Counted from the first letter of the stretch, positions 42,001-50,908 are shown. The stretch is DNA of 64,000 nt from an uncultured Lachnospiraceae bacterium (GCA_902789735.1 CADAOZ010000007.1:43250-107249); one strand, 5' to 3'. The notes: generated by a model from the letters alone, not told the origin. Translations and numbers: made by a program.

Positions 42001-42506
42001 TACAGGACCTGCAGATCGGCCAGCCTGGCCCGCAGGGCCTTCTGCCCGCCTTTGGCGGCGCAGTCGATCAGACGGCCGATCTCCTCCGTACCGATCCCGT
42101 ACTGCATGAACTCCGACAGGACAGATTTGACCTCGGCGATCATGCCGGTCCGGTGCAGGGATCCGCCCAGGACCTGCATTTCTCCGGCACAGGAAGAAGC
42201 CACCCGCCGCAGCAGCAGGCTCTTGCCAATGTCCGTCAGGACCGTGCGCCGGTCCGGTGCGGTCTCCTCAAAGATCCTGTGGGAAAGCCTGCCCAGACTG
42301 AGCACATCTATATTCATGATGGCATGGTCCGGATGCTCCATGATCATTTCCTTCTGGGTCTGCATGGAATACTGCTCCGGCACAAGGACCAGATACTGGG
42401 TATTGTCCCCCGATTCCATGGACCGCATGGACCTTTGGATGATTTCCTGATGCAGGCAGGTGCTCTTGCCGGAGCCCGAGGCCCCGAAACAGAAGCGGTA
42501 AGTCAT
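39021..42506 (-). CDS. addB: ATP-dependent helicase/deoxyribonuclease subunit B (AddB/RexB)
   Basis: 1161 aa. N-terminal Walker A GASGSGKST and a C-terminal Fe-S nuclease cysteine cluster (CEFCPYKNVCGFD). Confidence 0.93.
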   Translation of the reverse strand: MTYRFCFGASGSGKSTCLHQEIIQRSMRSMESGDNTQYLVLVPEQYSMQTQKEMIMEHPDHAIMNIDVLSLGRLSHRIFEETAPDRRTVLTDIGKSLLLRRVASSCAGEMQVLGGSLHRTGMIAEVKSVLSEFMQYGIGTEEIGRLIDCAAKGGQKALRARLADLQVLYQAFEQAREDRMITSEETLDLFARAIPRSELIRRSVIVFDGFTGFTPIQYRVLAALMACAREVIFSITLADDGGLRPEELMDGRSAGSREALFYLSRKTVRDIVRIGLEKGIPHGRDLYMDRPVPRRFETNPALAHLEKNLYRYGRRPYEGDRAESVSLTEAADPHKEIRQVCIRMKELSREKGYCWRDFAVICPDLETYGDLLAAEAVRYDIPVYIDKTKAIYHNPLTEAIRSVLQISMRGFDYESVFRYLRSGLSSLTAEEVDLLENYCLEKGIRGRRKWSLAFDDATEPLRVRFLKEIEPVTGPLQREYGSEPAEQDKVPDEAAGRRRVLTAGERTEQLYAFLTGRGTETLMKERAERFKEAGDYAREKEYSQIYRGIIELLDEIYELIGEEKISAADYLELLETGLDEIRLGTLPQKVDRVLCGDVERTRFGEVKVLFFVGINDGNIPRSTGGGGLISDLDREFLESSGLELAPSPREQMYIQRLYLYLNMTKATDMLCLSYARVSMDGQSIRPSILISSLQEMFPRLRARYPEEQDPILQITGRGDAESLLAEQLRRYADGEKEDPQQLDAFLTLYGYCSRMDPETAQNLIRLTRTAFFRYKPEYLQPRQAAALYGGIVEGSVTRLETAAQCYLRQYLQYGLGLRRRKEFRIDFADTGTVLHESLNTFSHRLKERGLTWTGFSRDQGREMADQALQDTARKYRDLILYDTARSTHQIGRLRRILERTVETLQYQLQQGSFVPAAYEKGFGGRGGDTISFELADHGMLRLNGQIDRVDLCEEEGRRFVKIIDYKSGSRSLDPEQMRKGLQIQLLLYMNAVLQEQQHLHPGDTVVPSAMLYYRLQDPVVEGTVSEQDFEEERTPEELEAAHQEEQKAIRKKLRPTGMVSGDPASLQRLDHSCSGTSEAIPVRFKQDGSPDARSSVYSQQEFEELSEEVRKVICQIAEEILKGNVSAVPAKLPRNKTACEFCPYKNVCGFDPRIPGYDYRD

Positions 42507-42842
42507 ATGTATGCCCCCTGTAAGTATATATTCTGTGTGTTCTACGTTTGGTTTATGAAGCTTATTCCAGCTTCTGAATTTTTATGATCTAATCTGTCTT
42601 TACCTGTCTTTACCATTATACTATGACAGGGTGTGTAATATCTTTGCCTGGAAGGCAGGATATTTACTATGGTACCCCATACATCGGCAGCCTGCCACCC
42701 CGGCACTTATGGATTTATGAGATAGGCAGACATTTTCATGTTTTACTTATTTTTGTCTGCTGTGGATGGCTGTTCCCGGCAGACGGACAGATGATTCTGC
42801 CCTTCTTGTCTGCCTGCGCGCTTAAAAAGGCAGGGCCCGGTC

Positions 42843-43457
42843 TCAAAAACCGAGGGCCCTGCCTTCTGTATTGGCTATGATATCCGTGATCTTCCAGGTA
42901 TCGCCATCCGGCTCCAGCTGAAAGAGCGTGCAATTTGTAATGGAAGGTTTCCAGAAATTGCGCATCTCTCCCGGCTCCAGATACAGGCGCATGGCATGCA
43001 TCCAGCCGCCGTGGGTGCAAAGGAGGGTGGATTCCGGCAGATCCTGCCCGCGCAGCCATTGCAGGAAACCGCCTGCCCTTTGTACAAGATCCGGAAAGCT
43101 CTCGCCGCCCTCCAGGGGCACATATTTGTCCGGATAACGCATGAAGTTCACCATGACTTCCGTATCTTCCAGGGTGCTGCGCCCGGCCAAAGCTCCGACC
43201 TCTATTTCCCGCAGCCTTCTGTCGATCACAAAGGTGTCCCGGCTTTGACCTGTTACGATCTCACCTGTCCGGACCGCCCTGACAAGGGGACTGGAATAGA
43301 TTTTGTCAAATCGCAGGCCATGACGGACCGTGATTCTTTCATGCGCTTCATGCGCCTGACGGATGCCTTCCGGAGATAAGGGGATGTCCGTGGTGCCCTG
43401 GATCAGGTTCCCGGCATTATAGGCAGTTTCACCATGTCTGAGTATATACAGCTTCAT
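42843..43457 (-). CDS. Histidine phosphatase family protein (phosphoglycerate mutase-like)
   Basis: 204 aa. LRHGET catalytic motif at the N-terminus and a second His in the THGGWM region. Confidence 0.88.
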   Translation of the reverse strand: MKLYILRHGETAYNAGNLIQGTTDIPLSPEGIRQAHEAHERITVRHGLRFDKIYSSPLVRAVRTGEIVTGQSRDTFVIDRRLREIEVGALAGRSTLEDTEVMVNFMRYPDKYVPLEGGESFPDLVQRAGGFLQWLRGQDLPESTLLCTHGGWMHAMRLYLEPGEMRNFWKPSITNCTLFQLEPDGDTWKITDIIANTEGRALGF

Positions 43458-43767
43458 AGATTCTTACAGCAGGTCCTTTCTGAGTCTGGAACTTACAGTT
43501 TTTCACCGGGGCCTGAAGATCATTTTGCGGTTGAACTGTAGGTCAGTGCCCCGATATCAGAAATTCTGTAGGATTACCGGCCGAATGTCAAGGACTCCGG
43601 GGATTTTCCGACACTGGCCACGTTCGTTTCACCGTACCTTGCCGCAAGAAGCTTTCCCACATGCCGGGTCTCGAGAAACATATCTTTTTCCAGAATCACA
43701 ATCATCGCGGCAGCCAGCGTGATCACAACCGTCTCCACGCATTTTATGCGTGTGTCATAAGCGCGCT

Positions 43768-44502
43768 TTACCTGTACATTTCTACTCTGTTTACAGGGGG
43801 CGTTTCGACATGTCCGGCCAGATACAGGCAGTAGCCCACCGCCAGAATGAATACCGCGATATGGATGATCCATTCCAGCAGCGGAGCTTCACCCGATGAG
43901 AAAACAGACGTGACGTCGATCAGGCTGTGGGCCAGAATACAGGGCCAGAGGCTGCCGCCCTTGTAGAAGACCATTGTAAAGACAAAACCGACGGCAACCG
44001 CGAATACCACCTGCACCAGCGTCTCCACAAAATCCTGTCCGTTCAGCAGATTCAGGATATGTCCCAGCCCAAAGGTGACGGATGAGATGATGACCGCCTT
44101 TTTAACGCTGCCGCTCTTCAGAATGGCTTTGAACAGAAAACCGCGGAAGATCAGTTCCTCGGCAAAGCCGACGAAGGCCATCATCACGGCCGCACAGGCC
44201 AGTCCGGGCATCGGATAGTCGGGAGATATCCCGTTCCACAGGTTGATGCTGGCAATGATCCACAGAGGGATGAAGCACAGCATGGCTCTGCTGTTTCCGG
44301 CCCAGCCGGTCAGACCGTAATATTCCATGGTACCAAGGGCACGGACGCACAGGAACATCAGCGCGCAGATAACGATCAGGCTGATCATCAGGACCGGGCT
44401 GTCATCGCCCAGCCTGCGCAGGTTCCCTATACAGACTGTATAGATCACGATCCACAGGATCGCAAAGGTAATCTCGCTCTTTTCATACAGTTTCTTCATC
44501 AT
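43768..44502 (-). CDS. CPBP family intramembrane glutamic endopeptidase (CAAX protease / Abi family)
   Basis: Trimmed to MMKKLYEKS, which has an AGGAGG RBS. Motifs EELIFRGFLF and FGLGH...N, with multiple TM helices. Its start overlaps the TetR gene stop by 4 nt. Confidence 0.85.
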   Translation of the reverse strand: MMKKLYEKSEITFAILWIVIYTVCIGNLRRLGDDSPVLMISLIVICALMFLCVRALGTMEYYGLTGWAGNSRAMLCFIPLWIIASINLWNGISPDYPMPGLACAAVMMAFVGFAEELIFRGFLFKAILKSGSVKKAVIISSVTFGLGHILNLLNGQDFVETLVQVVFAVAVGFVFTMVFYKGGSLWPCILAHSLIDVTSVFSSGEAPLLEWIIHIAVFILAVGYCLYLAGHVETPPVNRVEMYR

Positions 44503-45086
44503 TCCGTATCCTCCTGTCCGGCCGCAAGGACCGCGCCGTTCCACGCGTATTCCAGGTGCTCCGCGATCAGTTCCTCGTCATACGCCAGGCCATTGCTGGC
44601 AATGATGCTGGCATATCCATGGGCGAACATAGCCACCGTCAGGAATACCTGCCTGGTCTTTTCCATGCTTACTCCGGCGCCTTCCCGCATGACCGTAAGC
44701 ACCGGAAGCAGTTCCTGGGAATCCATCATTTCAAGCAGGCTGTTCCCCGCCGCGTATCCGGATTGAAACAGGAATCGGAACAGCCGCGGTTCTTCCACGG
44801 CAAAGCGGATGTAATTAAGACCGATCCCCAGGACCGGATTCTGATCATCCGGGATGTCCATCAGGTATTTAGAGTGCATTTGATCCGCCTGCGCGTAAGC
44901 AGCCTGCTTCAGGCTGTCGACGGTCGTAAAATGATACATGACCGGCTGCGTGGAGCAGCCCAGCTGCCCGGCGACCGTCCTGGCGTTGATGCCTTCAAAT
45001 CCATCCCGTCTTACAATTTCTACGGCCGCGTTTATGATCATGCTCTTCGTAATTTTTGCTTTAGGCGGCATCCCTGTACACTCCAT
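44499..45086 (-). CDS. TetR/AcrR family transcriptional regulator
   Basis: N-terminal HTH INAAVEIVRRDGFEGINARTVAGQLGCSTQPVMYHF. The start is uncertain (ATG at 45086 or 45071). The TTG start in the ORF track lies inside the operator palindrome. Confidence 0.8.
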   Translation of the reverse strand: MECTGMPPKAKITKSMIINAAVEIVRRDGFEGINARTVAGQLGCSTQPVMYHFTTVDSLKQAAYAQADQMHSKYLMDIPDDQNPVLGIGLNYIRFAVEEPRLFRFLFQSGYAAGNSLLEMMDSQELLPVLTVMREGAGVSMEKTRQVFLTVAMFAHGYASIIASNGLAYDEELIAEHLEYAWNGAVLAAGQEDTE

Positions 45087-45101
45087 CCCATTCTTATAAT
45101 T

Positions 45102-45117
45102 ATTGTTATATAACAAT
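45102..45117. promoter_or_regulatory. Perfect 16-bp palindrome ATTGTTATATAACAAT, putative TetR operator overlapping the promoter of the TetR-CPBP operon
   Basis: Read directly, 16-30 bp upstream of the TetR start. TetR family regulators typically autoregulate via such palindromes. Confidence 0.6.
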
Positions 45118-45308
45118 TGTTATGTTACCGGGTTATTTCTGTTTTGTCAATGCGAACCGCTCTGCCTGCGCCGGCCGTCAGGAAGCAGGCCTTATCCTCC
45201 GGTATTATGCCGGCAGACATCCTGATGAAAAAAAAGAGGTCCTGTCACCCGTCGCAATTGCGCTTCGGTGACAGAACCCCGGTTGTTTTAATGAAATTAA
45301 TGTTCAGC

Positions 45309-45929
45309 TTATAATTGATCTTCTTTTGTCAGAACTTTTTTCTGCCAGCTCCAGCAGCCGCACCTGGGGCATTTCATATATCTCGTTCTGCCTATATGCA
45401 TCGCGAGATTTGTCTGCCAGTAGGTCGGCACATGTCTGTCATGGCATTTCTGACATTCATAATATCCGGCCTTCTGTTCTATGCCTACAGCCATGAAGGC
45501 AACTGCCAGAATCATGATAAGCGCAAAAACGATAAGTCCGATTCTCCATCCGGCAGGCATATCAACATAAGAAGCCACAAAGCACAGAAGCAGGCCTGCC
45601 ACAGTCGCCGGGCCGCCGATCAGATACTCCGTCCTTAACAGCAGCCTGTTCTTTTCCTCTACTTCACGTCTCATTTCCAGAAGATTTTCTTCCGCCCGTT
45701 TATCGTAGAATTCTGCCATGATTCTTTCGCCCGACAGGAGTTCGTTGACGTTAATCTGTAACAGACCGCACAGTTCCAGCATGATCCCGGAATCCGGCAT
45801 GGACTTTCCCGTCTCCCACTTCGATACAGCCCGGTCACTGATCCCGAGTTTCTCAGCCAGATTCGCCTGCGTCATGCCCTGTTCTTTCCTGCAGGCCGCG
45901 ATGAACTTTCCGATTTTGTTCTGATCCAT
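45309..45929 (-). CDS. XRE-family HTH regulator with C-terminal transmembrane segments and a Cys4 zinc-ribbon
   Basis: Trimmed to MDQNKIGKFIAA, which has a GGAGG RBS. HTH_3 region QANLAEKLGISDRAVSKWETG. Two hydrophobic helices. C-terminal CQKCHDRH...CPRCGC. Confidence 0.8.
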   Translation of the reverse strand: MDQNKIGKFIAACRKEQGMTQANLAEKLGISDRAVSKWETGKSMPDSGIMLELCGLLQINVNELLSGERIMAEFYDKRAEENLLEMRREVEEKNRLLLRTEYLIGGPATVAGLLLCFVASYVDMPAGWRIGLIVFALIMILAVAFMAVGIEQKAGYYECQKCHDRHVPTYWQTNLAMHIGRTRYMKCPRCGCWSWQKKVLTKEDQL

Positions 45930-46190
45930 ATCGGGCACCTCCTTTCATGGTTTCAGCATATCCGGAAACAGGGGGATTTTACAGGAACCGGCAGTTGATT
46001 TCCGCCCATACAGCCACTCAACTGCTGGTTGAGTTCCTGAAAACCCGGCATTTCAGTCCGTAAATCCTCTGAGTGCCTGTCCGAAGCCGGGATTGCGGTT
46101 GAAATGTTAGTTTTTTCTAACTTTTGCGTGTAGGATATAATGATAAAAACAATTAATATTAAGTTCACACGACAAAGGACAGGTGATTGT

Positions 46191-47306
46191 ATGAACAAGC
46201 TTGTGAATGATTGTATGAAACTGGGATTCGGCCTGATGCGTCTGCCCCGTCTGGAAGACGGCAGCATCGATATAGAGCAGACCTCCCGTATGACAGACGC
46301 TTTTCTGGCGGCCGGCGGCAAATATTTTGATACCGCTTATGTTTACGAAGGCTCCGAAGAAGCCGCCCGTAAGGCACTGGTAGAGCGGCATCCCCGGGAC
46401 AGCTATTATCTGGCCACAAAACTCAATGCCGGAGAAGGCGTCTGCCAGAACGCCGAAGAAGCAAAGGCAGAACTGCGTACCAGTCTGGAACGGACCGGCG
46501 CGGGTTATTTTGATTTCTACCTGCTGCACGCCCTGGGCCAGAAAAATGTGGACAGATACAACAGCTTCGGGCTCTGGGATTTCGTTAAGGAAATCAAGGA
46601 GGAAGGCCTGGTCCGCCATTACGGCTTCTCTTTCCATGATTCACCGGAATTCCTGGACCAGCTGCTGACCGAGCATCCTGATGTGGAATTTGTCCAGCTG
46701 CAGATCAACTACGCCGACTGGGAGGATCCGGTCGTCCAGTCCAGAGCCTGCTATGAAGTTGCCAAAAAGCACGGCAAGCCCGTCGTTGTCATGGAGCCGG
46801 TCAAAGGCGGCACGCTGGCTGATCCGCCCCAGGTCCTCAAAGATATCTTTGAAAAAGAACTGCCGGACGCTTCTCCCGCTTCCTGGGCGATCCGTTTTGT
46901 CGCTTCTCTTGACAATGTCATGATGGTCCTGAGCGGCATGTCCAGCATGGAGCAGATGGAGGATAACCTTTCCTATATGAAGGATTTCGCGCCTCTTTCC
47001 GCGTCCGAAGCAGCCGCTGTCACCGCAGCCAGGGAAGCCCTGGACCGGATCGACAAGATTGCCTGCACCTCCTGTCATTACTGTACCCCCGGCTGCCCTG
47101 TCGGCATCCATATTCCGGAAATCTTCTCCGTTATGAACCTTTACAAGATGTATGGTATGCTGGAAAGGGCCAGAAGGGATTATGGCTGGCGTCCGGGCGG
47201 CCCCCGGGCCTCCGAATGTATCCAGTGCGGCCAGTGTGAGGGCATCTGTCCCCAGCACCTTCCTGTCATCTCCTATCTGCAGGAGGTCGCGGAAACACTG
47301 GAATGA
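46191..47306 (+). CDS. Aldo/keto reductase fused to a C-terminal 4Fe-4S ferredoxin-type domain
   Basis: The AKR fold (GFGLMRLP ... YLLHA) is followed by CTSCHYCTPGCP and CIQCGQCEGICP cysteine clusters. Confidence 0.82.
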   Translation: MNKLVNDCMKLGFGLMRLPRLEDGSIDIEQTSRMTDAFLAAGGKYFDTAYVYEGSEEAARKALVERHPRDSYYLATKLNAGEGVCQNAEEAKAELRTSLERTGAGYFDFYLLHALGQKNVDRYNSFGLWDFVKEIKEEGLVRHYGFSFHDSPEFLDQLLTEHPDVEFVQLQINYADWEDPVVQSRACYEVAKKHGKPVVVMEPVKGGTLADPPQVLKDIFEKELPDASPASWAIRFVASLDNVMMVLSGMSSMEQMEDNLSYMKDFAPLSASEAAAVTAAREALDRIDKIACTSCHYCTPGCPVGIHIPEIFSVMNLYKMYGMLERARRDYGWRPGGPRASECIQCGQCEGICPQHLPVISYLQEVAETLE

Positions 47307-47407
47307 CCGGTATCCTTATTGCGGTCAGCCGGTCATCCTGAGTCCGGATACGCTGAATACCGTTCCATTCAGATTTTTATGATTTTTTTATTATTACTGT
47401 AATGAAA

Positions 47408-47451
47408 CAGCCGCGGAGCTTTCCGGAAAGCTTCGCGGCTGCGCCTTTTTA
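47408..47451. terminator. Bidirectional terminator between convergent genes
   Basis: CAGCCGCGGAGCTTTCC/GGAAAGCTTCGCGGCTG: a 17-bp stem followed by CGCCTTTTTATA. Confidence 0.75.
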
Positions 47452-47476
47452 TACCAATAATATCTTCGCGATCCTG

Positions 47477-48043
47477 TCAGAATGTATAGTAGGAACCGCA
47501 GTAAGGGCACTGTTCGGTCTCTCCCTTAATGCCGGTCAGCGTGGCGCCGCAGGAAGGGCATTTGCAGGAAACCTGCCGCTCCGATTTGATACCGAACAGA
47601 CTCTGAATCTTTTCTATAGGCTCTTCAATGGATTCCACAACAGACGCAAACTCGGCCAGTTTTTCCGCCTCACTTTTGATTTTGACCGGCTCACCGGTGA
47701 CCGCCGCAACGACGTAGGGGATCCACTCATCTATATCGCTTTCCCACTCAAAGCGGAAACTTTCCATGCCGTTTTTGAAATATATATCCAGGGTCCTGTC
47801 CATAAAATCCGCTTTTCCCTTCTGGACCTGGGGCACGCCGTTTACGATCCGGACCTCGCTGAGGGGAAAACGGAGCGTCTCTGTAGTTTTCCCGAAAAAA
47901 TTCTTCTTCAGCAGAATCAGGTTGCGGTTGGTCAGGACCAGGCTGCTTTTATCCATCATGGACGGCATTTTGCTGCCGTAGCCGATCTTATCCTTACGCA
48001 GGATCACTGTTTCATCCGGTTGTAATTGCAATTCGTCTGCCAT
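47477..48043 (-). CDS. Hypothetical protein with bacterial PH-like (GRAM-like) N-terminal region and C-terminal zinc-ribbon
   Basis: 188 aa. Ends with CKCPSCGATL...CPYCGSYY. Confidence 0.55.
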   Translation of the reverse strand: MADELQLQPDETVILRKDKIGYGSKMPSMMDKSSLVLTNRNLILLKKNFFGKTTETLRFPLSEVRIVNGVPQVQKGKADFMDRTLDIYFKNGMESFRFEWESDIDEWIPYVVAAVTGEPVKIKSEAEKLAEFASVVESIEEPIEKIQSLFGIKSERQVSCKCPSCGATLTGIKGETEQCPYCGSYYTF

Positions 48044-48259
48044 ATCTGTCTCCTCTGTATTGCCTGAAGTCCGGGCAGTCCGCGCTTCGCCGCAGACAGC
48101 CCGACTGTATCATCATGTCTGTTCCTATCTTATCACTTCGAATCACTGTTACGCAAACCGGGTGTGTCCGCGACCCCAGAGGTCCCGGCCCGCCAGAAGT
48201 CCCGGCCCGGAGCTGTCATCTGCCCCCGGGGTCCTTATCTGAGAGGCCCCTGTCTGAAG

Positions 48260-48943
48260 TCACAGGCCCAGCCTGCGCATGATCCCGTCAATGTCAACGC
48301 CGGGATGGGTCAGGTACATGCGGCAGATATTTTCCGCCAGGTCATGGTCCAGACGCAGGCGGACCGCGATCTCCGTGACCGATTTGCCTTTTTTGATCAT
48401 ACGGACGGCTTTTTCGATCCTGTTCCGGATATCCGCCGGAATCTCCTTTTCTATTGCGGCACGGTTCCTGTTGTCAGCGGCGGGGATATAATCCGGCAGA
48501 TCGATCCTGTCCGCGGACAGGATCTGCCCGTTCTCAATCCTCAGGATGGCCATGGTAATGTTCTGGCGGAACCTGCGGGGCCCGCAGCTGCCGGGATTGA
48601 GGAACAGGGTGCCGCCGGTCTGCTCCATGGCAAAACGGTGGGAATGGCCGTAGACAATGACATCATAATCCGCGATCCTGCCGGGGATATCTGTCTTTTT
48701 ATGGGTCATGAAGAAGCGGACGCCCTCCAGCGTAAAATCCAGAGTATAGGGAATCTGCTCCGCCCAGTCCCGGTCGTTGTTGCCCCGTACCACATAGAGC
48801 GGTGCTCTTTCCCGTAGCCTGTCCACGATTTCCTGCCGGCAGATATCCCCGCCATGAAGGATAACATCACAGCCGGCCAGCTGTTCCAGGACCGCGGGGC
48901 GCAGCAGGTTATGGGTATCGGAGATGACAGCGGCAGTAATCAT
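48260..48943 (-). CDS. Metallophosphoesterase (YfcE-like MPP) with a C-terminal ~60-aa helix-turn-helix-like extension
   Basis: Trimmed to MITAAVISDTHN. Motifs ILHGGDI, GNND, GHSH. The C-terminal KGKSVTEIAVRLRLDHDLAENICRMYL resembles an HTH. Confidence 0.75.
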   Translation of the reverse strand: MITAAVISDTHNLLRPAVLEQLAGCDVILHGGDICRQEIVDRLRERAPLYVVRGNNDRDWAEQIPYTLDFTLEGVRFFMTHKKTDIPGRIADYDVIVYGHSHRFAMEQTGGTLFLNPGSCGPRRFRQNITMAILRIENGQILSADRIDLPDYIPAADNRNRAAIEKEIPADIRNRIEKAVRMIKKGKSVTEIAVRLRLDHDLAENICRMYLTHPGVDIDGIMRRLGL

Positions 48944-48996
48944 TCGGAAGGCCTCATTTCTATTTACGAATCCATACACTAAAAAGCTATAAAAAC

Positions 48997-49042
48997 TACA
49001 TAACACATAACAACACTACATAACTACATAACACTACATAAC
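48997..49042. repeat. CTACATAAC short tandem/interspersed repeat (4-5 copies)
   Basis: Read directly: AACTACATAACACATAACAACACTACATAACTACATAACACTACATAACAGAGG, between the HK stop and the MPP gene start. Confidence 0.7.
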
Positions 49043-49055
49043 AGAGGTCCCTGAC

Positions 49056-50147
49056 CTATTCCTCCTCTGTCAGGCAGGTCAGTACAAAAGCTTTGGTCAA
49101 ATCCCGGTACGGCTGGACCAGTTCCAGCTTATAACCGTGCATGCGGGCGATCCTGTCGGCTATGGACAGGCCCAGGCCGCTGCCACCTTCCGGGCTTCTG
49201 GCCGGGTCACCGCGGGTAAAGGGCTGAAAAAGCTGTTCCGGATCCCCCTCTATAGGGCTGCCGTTATCCGCGATGATCACTGAGGCGATGCCGGGACGCC
49301 GGCTGACGGAAACACAGATCCCCGTCCCCGGAGGATTATGCCGGACCGCGTTGATCAGCAGGTTGGCAATGACTCTGCCCAGCTGTTTACGGTCCGCTTC
49401 GATCATACAGGCTTCTTCCGGAATATCCGCGTCCACTTCCATGCCTGCCTCCTCGGCCGCCGGATAGAAATCCGCGGTCTCTTCCAGGACCAGCCGGGTC
49501 AGGTCCGTCTTTTCTCTCTGCAGGGCGAATCCCTGGCTGTCCAGCTTGACATAGTCCAGCAGCAGGGTGATCAGTTCCCCCATCTTGCCGGACTTGGAAA
49601 TGATGCCCCTGTAGTACTCCTGTCTGGATTCCGGCGGCACCATATCATCGGCCAGGGCCTGGGCCATGGCGGAAATGGACATGACCGGCGTCCGCAGGTC
49701 GTGGGCCATGGCGGAAATCAGCAGGTTCCGCTGTTTCTCATAACTGTCCCGGTCCGCGTCCCTGGCTTCCTGCAGCTGACGGACATAAATCCCGATCCTG
49801 CGGGAGAAGATCCAGCCGACCGCCAGGACAGGCAGCAGCAGGAGGACCGACATGGCAAGGGCGATCAGGATGGAAAAATTGCTGGTAAAAACAGAGGTCT
49901 CCGCGCCGCCCAGTAAAAGGCTTACGGCCAGCCGGAAGGCCTGGACCAGAAGCTCCGTCAGGCCCACATCGGTAGTCCTTTCACCCAGCATCCGCAGAAG
50001 CGGCGGGATAAAGAGCCGGTTCTCCAGCCAGATCACCGGCAGTTCCAGCAGCACTGTCAGGAGCAGGGAAACAATGAACCACCTGGCTATATAGGCGGCC
50101 GGATCTTCCTGTCTGACCGGTTTTCGCAAGTTCTCATCCTTTTTCAA
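49056..50147 (-). CDS. Sensor histidine kinase (two-component system)
   Basis: 363 aa. Two N-terminal TM helices, an H-box ISAMAHDLRTPV, and HATPase motifs NLLINAVRHN and GGSGLGLSIA. Confidence 0.9.
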   Translation of the reverse strand: MKKDENLRKPVRQEDPAAYIARWFIVSLLLTVLLELPVIWLENRLFIPPLLRMLGERTTDVGLTELLVQAFRLAVSLLLGGAETSVFTSNFSILIALAMSVLLLLPVLAVGWIFSRRIGIYVRQLQEARDADRDSYEKQRNLLISAMAHDLRTPVMSISAMAQALADDMVPPESRQEYYRGIISKSGKMGELITLLLDYVKLDSQGFALQREKTDLTRLVLEETADFYPAAEEAGMEVDADIPEEACMIEADRKQLGRVIANLLINAVRHNPPGTGICVSVSRRPGIASVIIADNGSPIEGDPEQLFQPFTRGDPARSPEGGSGLGLSIADRIARMHGYKLELVQPYRDLTKAFVLTCLTEEE

Positions 50148-50832
50148 GTCTGTACCCCAATCCTCTGACCGTCCTGATATAGGCGGACGGGTCGCTGCTC
50201 AGTTTGGCCCGCAGTTTGCTGATGCAGACCATAATGTTATTATCAGATACCGCGTAGGTATCCTCCCAGCCGCATTCATAGATCTGCTGCTTGGTAAATA
50301 CTTTGCCGGGATGCTCCATGAACAGGCGCATGATCCTGTATTCCACGGAAGTCAGCTCGATCGGGCTGCCGTCCCGGTACAGGCAGCAGGCTTCCGTATC
50401 CAGGGTCAGATCTCTGCAGCGAAGACCGGCGGAAGCGGCGGGCGCTCCGGCCGCTGCCGCCCCCAGGCGGTAATAGCGCCGGATCATGGAGTTGGTCCTT
50501 GCCACTGCCTCCAGAGGGTTGAAGGGTTTGACCATATAGTCGTCGGCTCCCAGATCCAGCCCCAGGATCTTTTCCGGATCCTGGTCTTTGGCAGTGATCA
50601 TGATCACGGGAATGTTGCTGACGGCCCGGATGCCGCGCAGGACCTGATACCCGTCTTTACCCGGCATCATAATATCCAGCAGGCACAGATCCACTTTTTC
50701 ACCGGTAAAAATCTTTTCCGCTTCTACGCCGTCAGCGGCTTCCAGAACTCTATAGCCTGCGTTCTCCAGATACAGGCGGAGAACAGAACGTATCTCTTTT
50801 TCATCATCAGCGATCAGGACTGTATATGCCAT
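50134..50832 (-). CDS. OmpR/PhoB-family response regulator
   Basis: 232 aa. A receiver domain (LIADDE...LLDIMMPGKDG) and a winged-helix C-terminus (TVRGLGYRL). AGGAGA RBS. Overlaps the HK start. Confidence 0.92.
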   Translation of the reverse strand: MAYTVLIADDEKEIRSVLRLYLENAGYRVLEAADGVEAEKIFTGEKVDLCLLDIMMPGKDGYQVLRGIRAVSNIPVIMITAKDQDPEKILGLDLGADDYMVKPFNPLEAVARTNSMIRRYYRLGAAAAGAPAASAGLRCRDLTLDTEACCLYRDGSPIELTSVEYRIMRLFMEHPGKVFTKQQIYECGWEDTYAVSDNNIMVCISKLRAKLSSDPSAYIRTVRGLGYRLEKG

Positions 50833-50908
50833 CTGTGATTTCTCCTAATACCGCGGTCTGCCGTGCTTGACTGCCTTTGCGGGGATGCTTCTTCCTTTGT
50901 GTTTCTTC

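Noticed and set aside
43574-43873. 99-aa minus-strand ORF overlapping the CPBP gene 3' end and intergenic region
   Set aside because: It overlaps a well-supported gene in another frame. It has no RBS and no homology.
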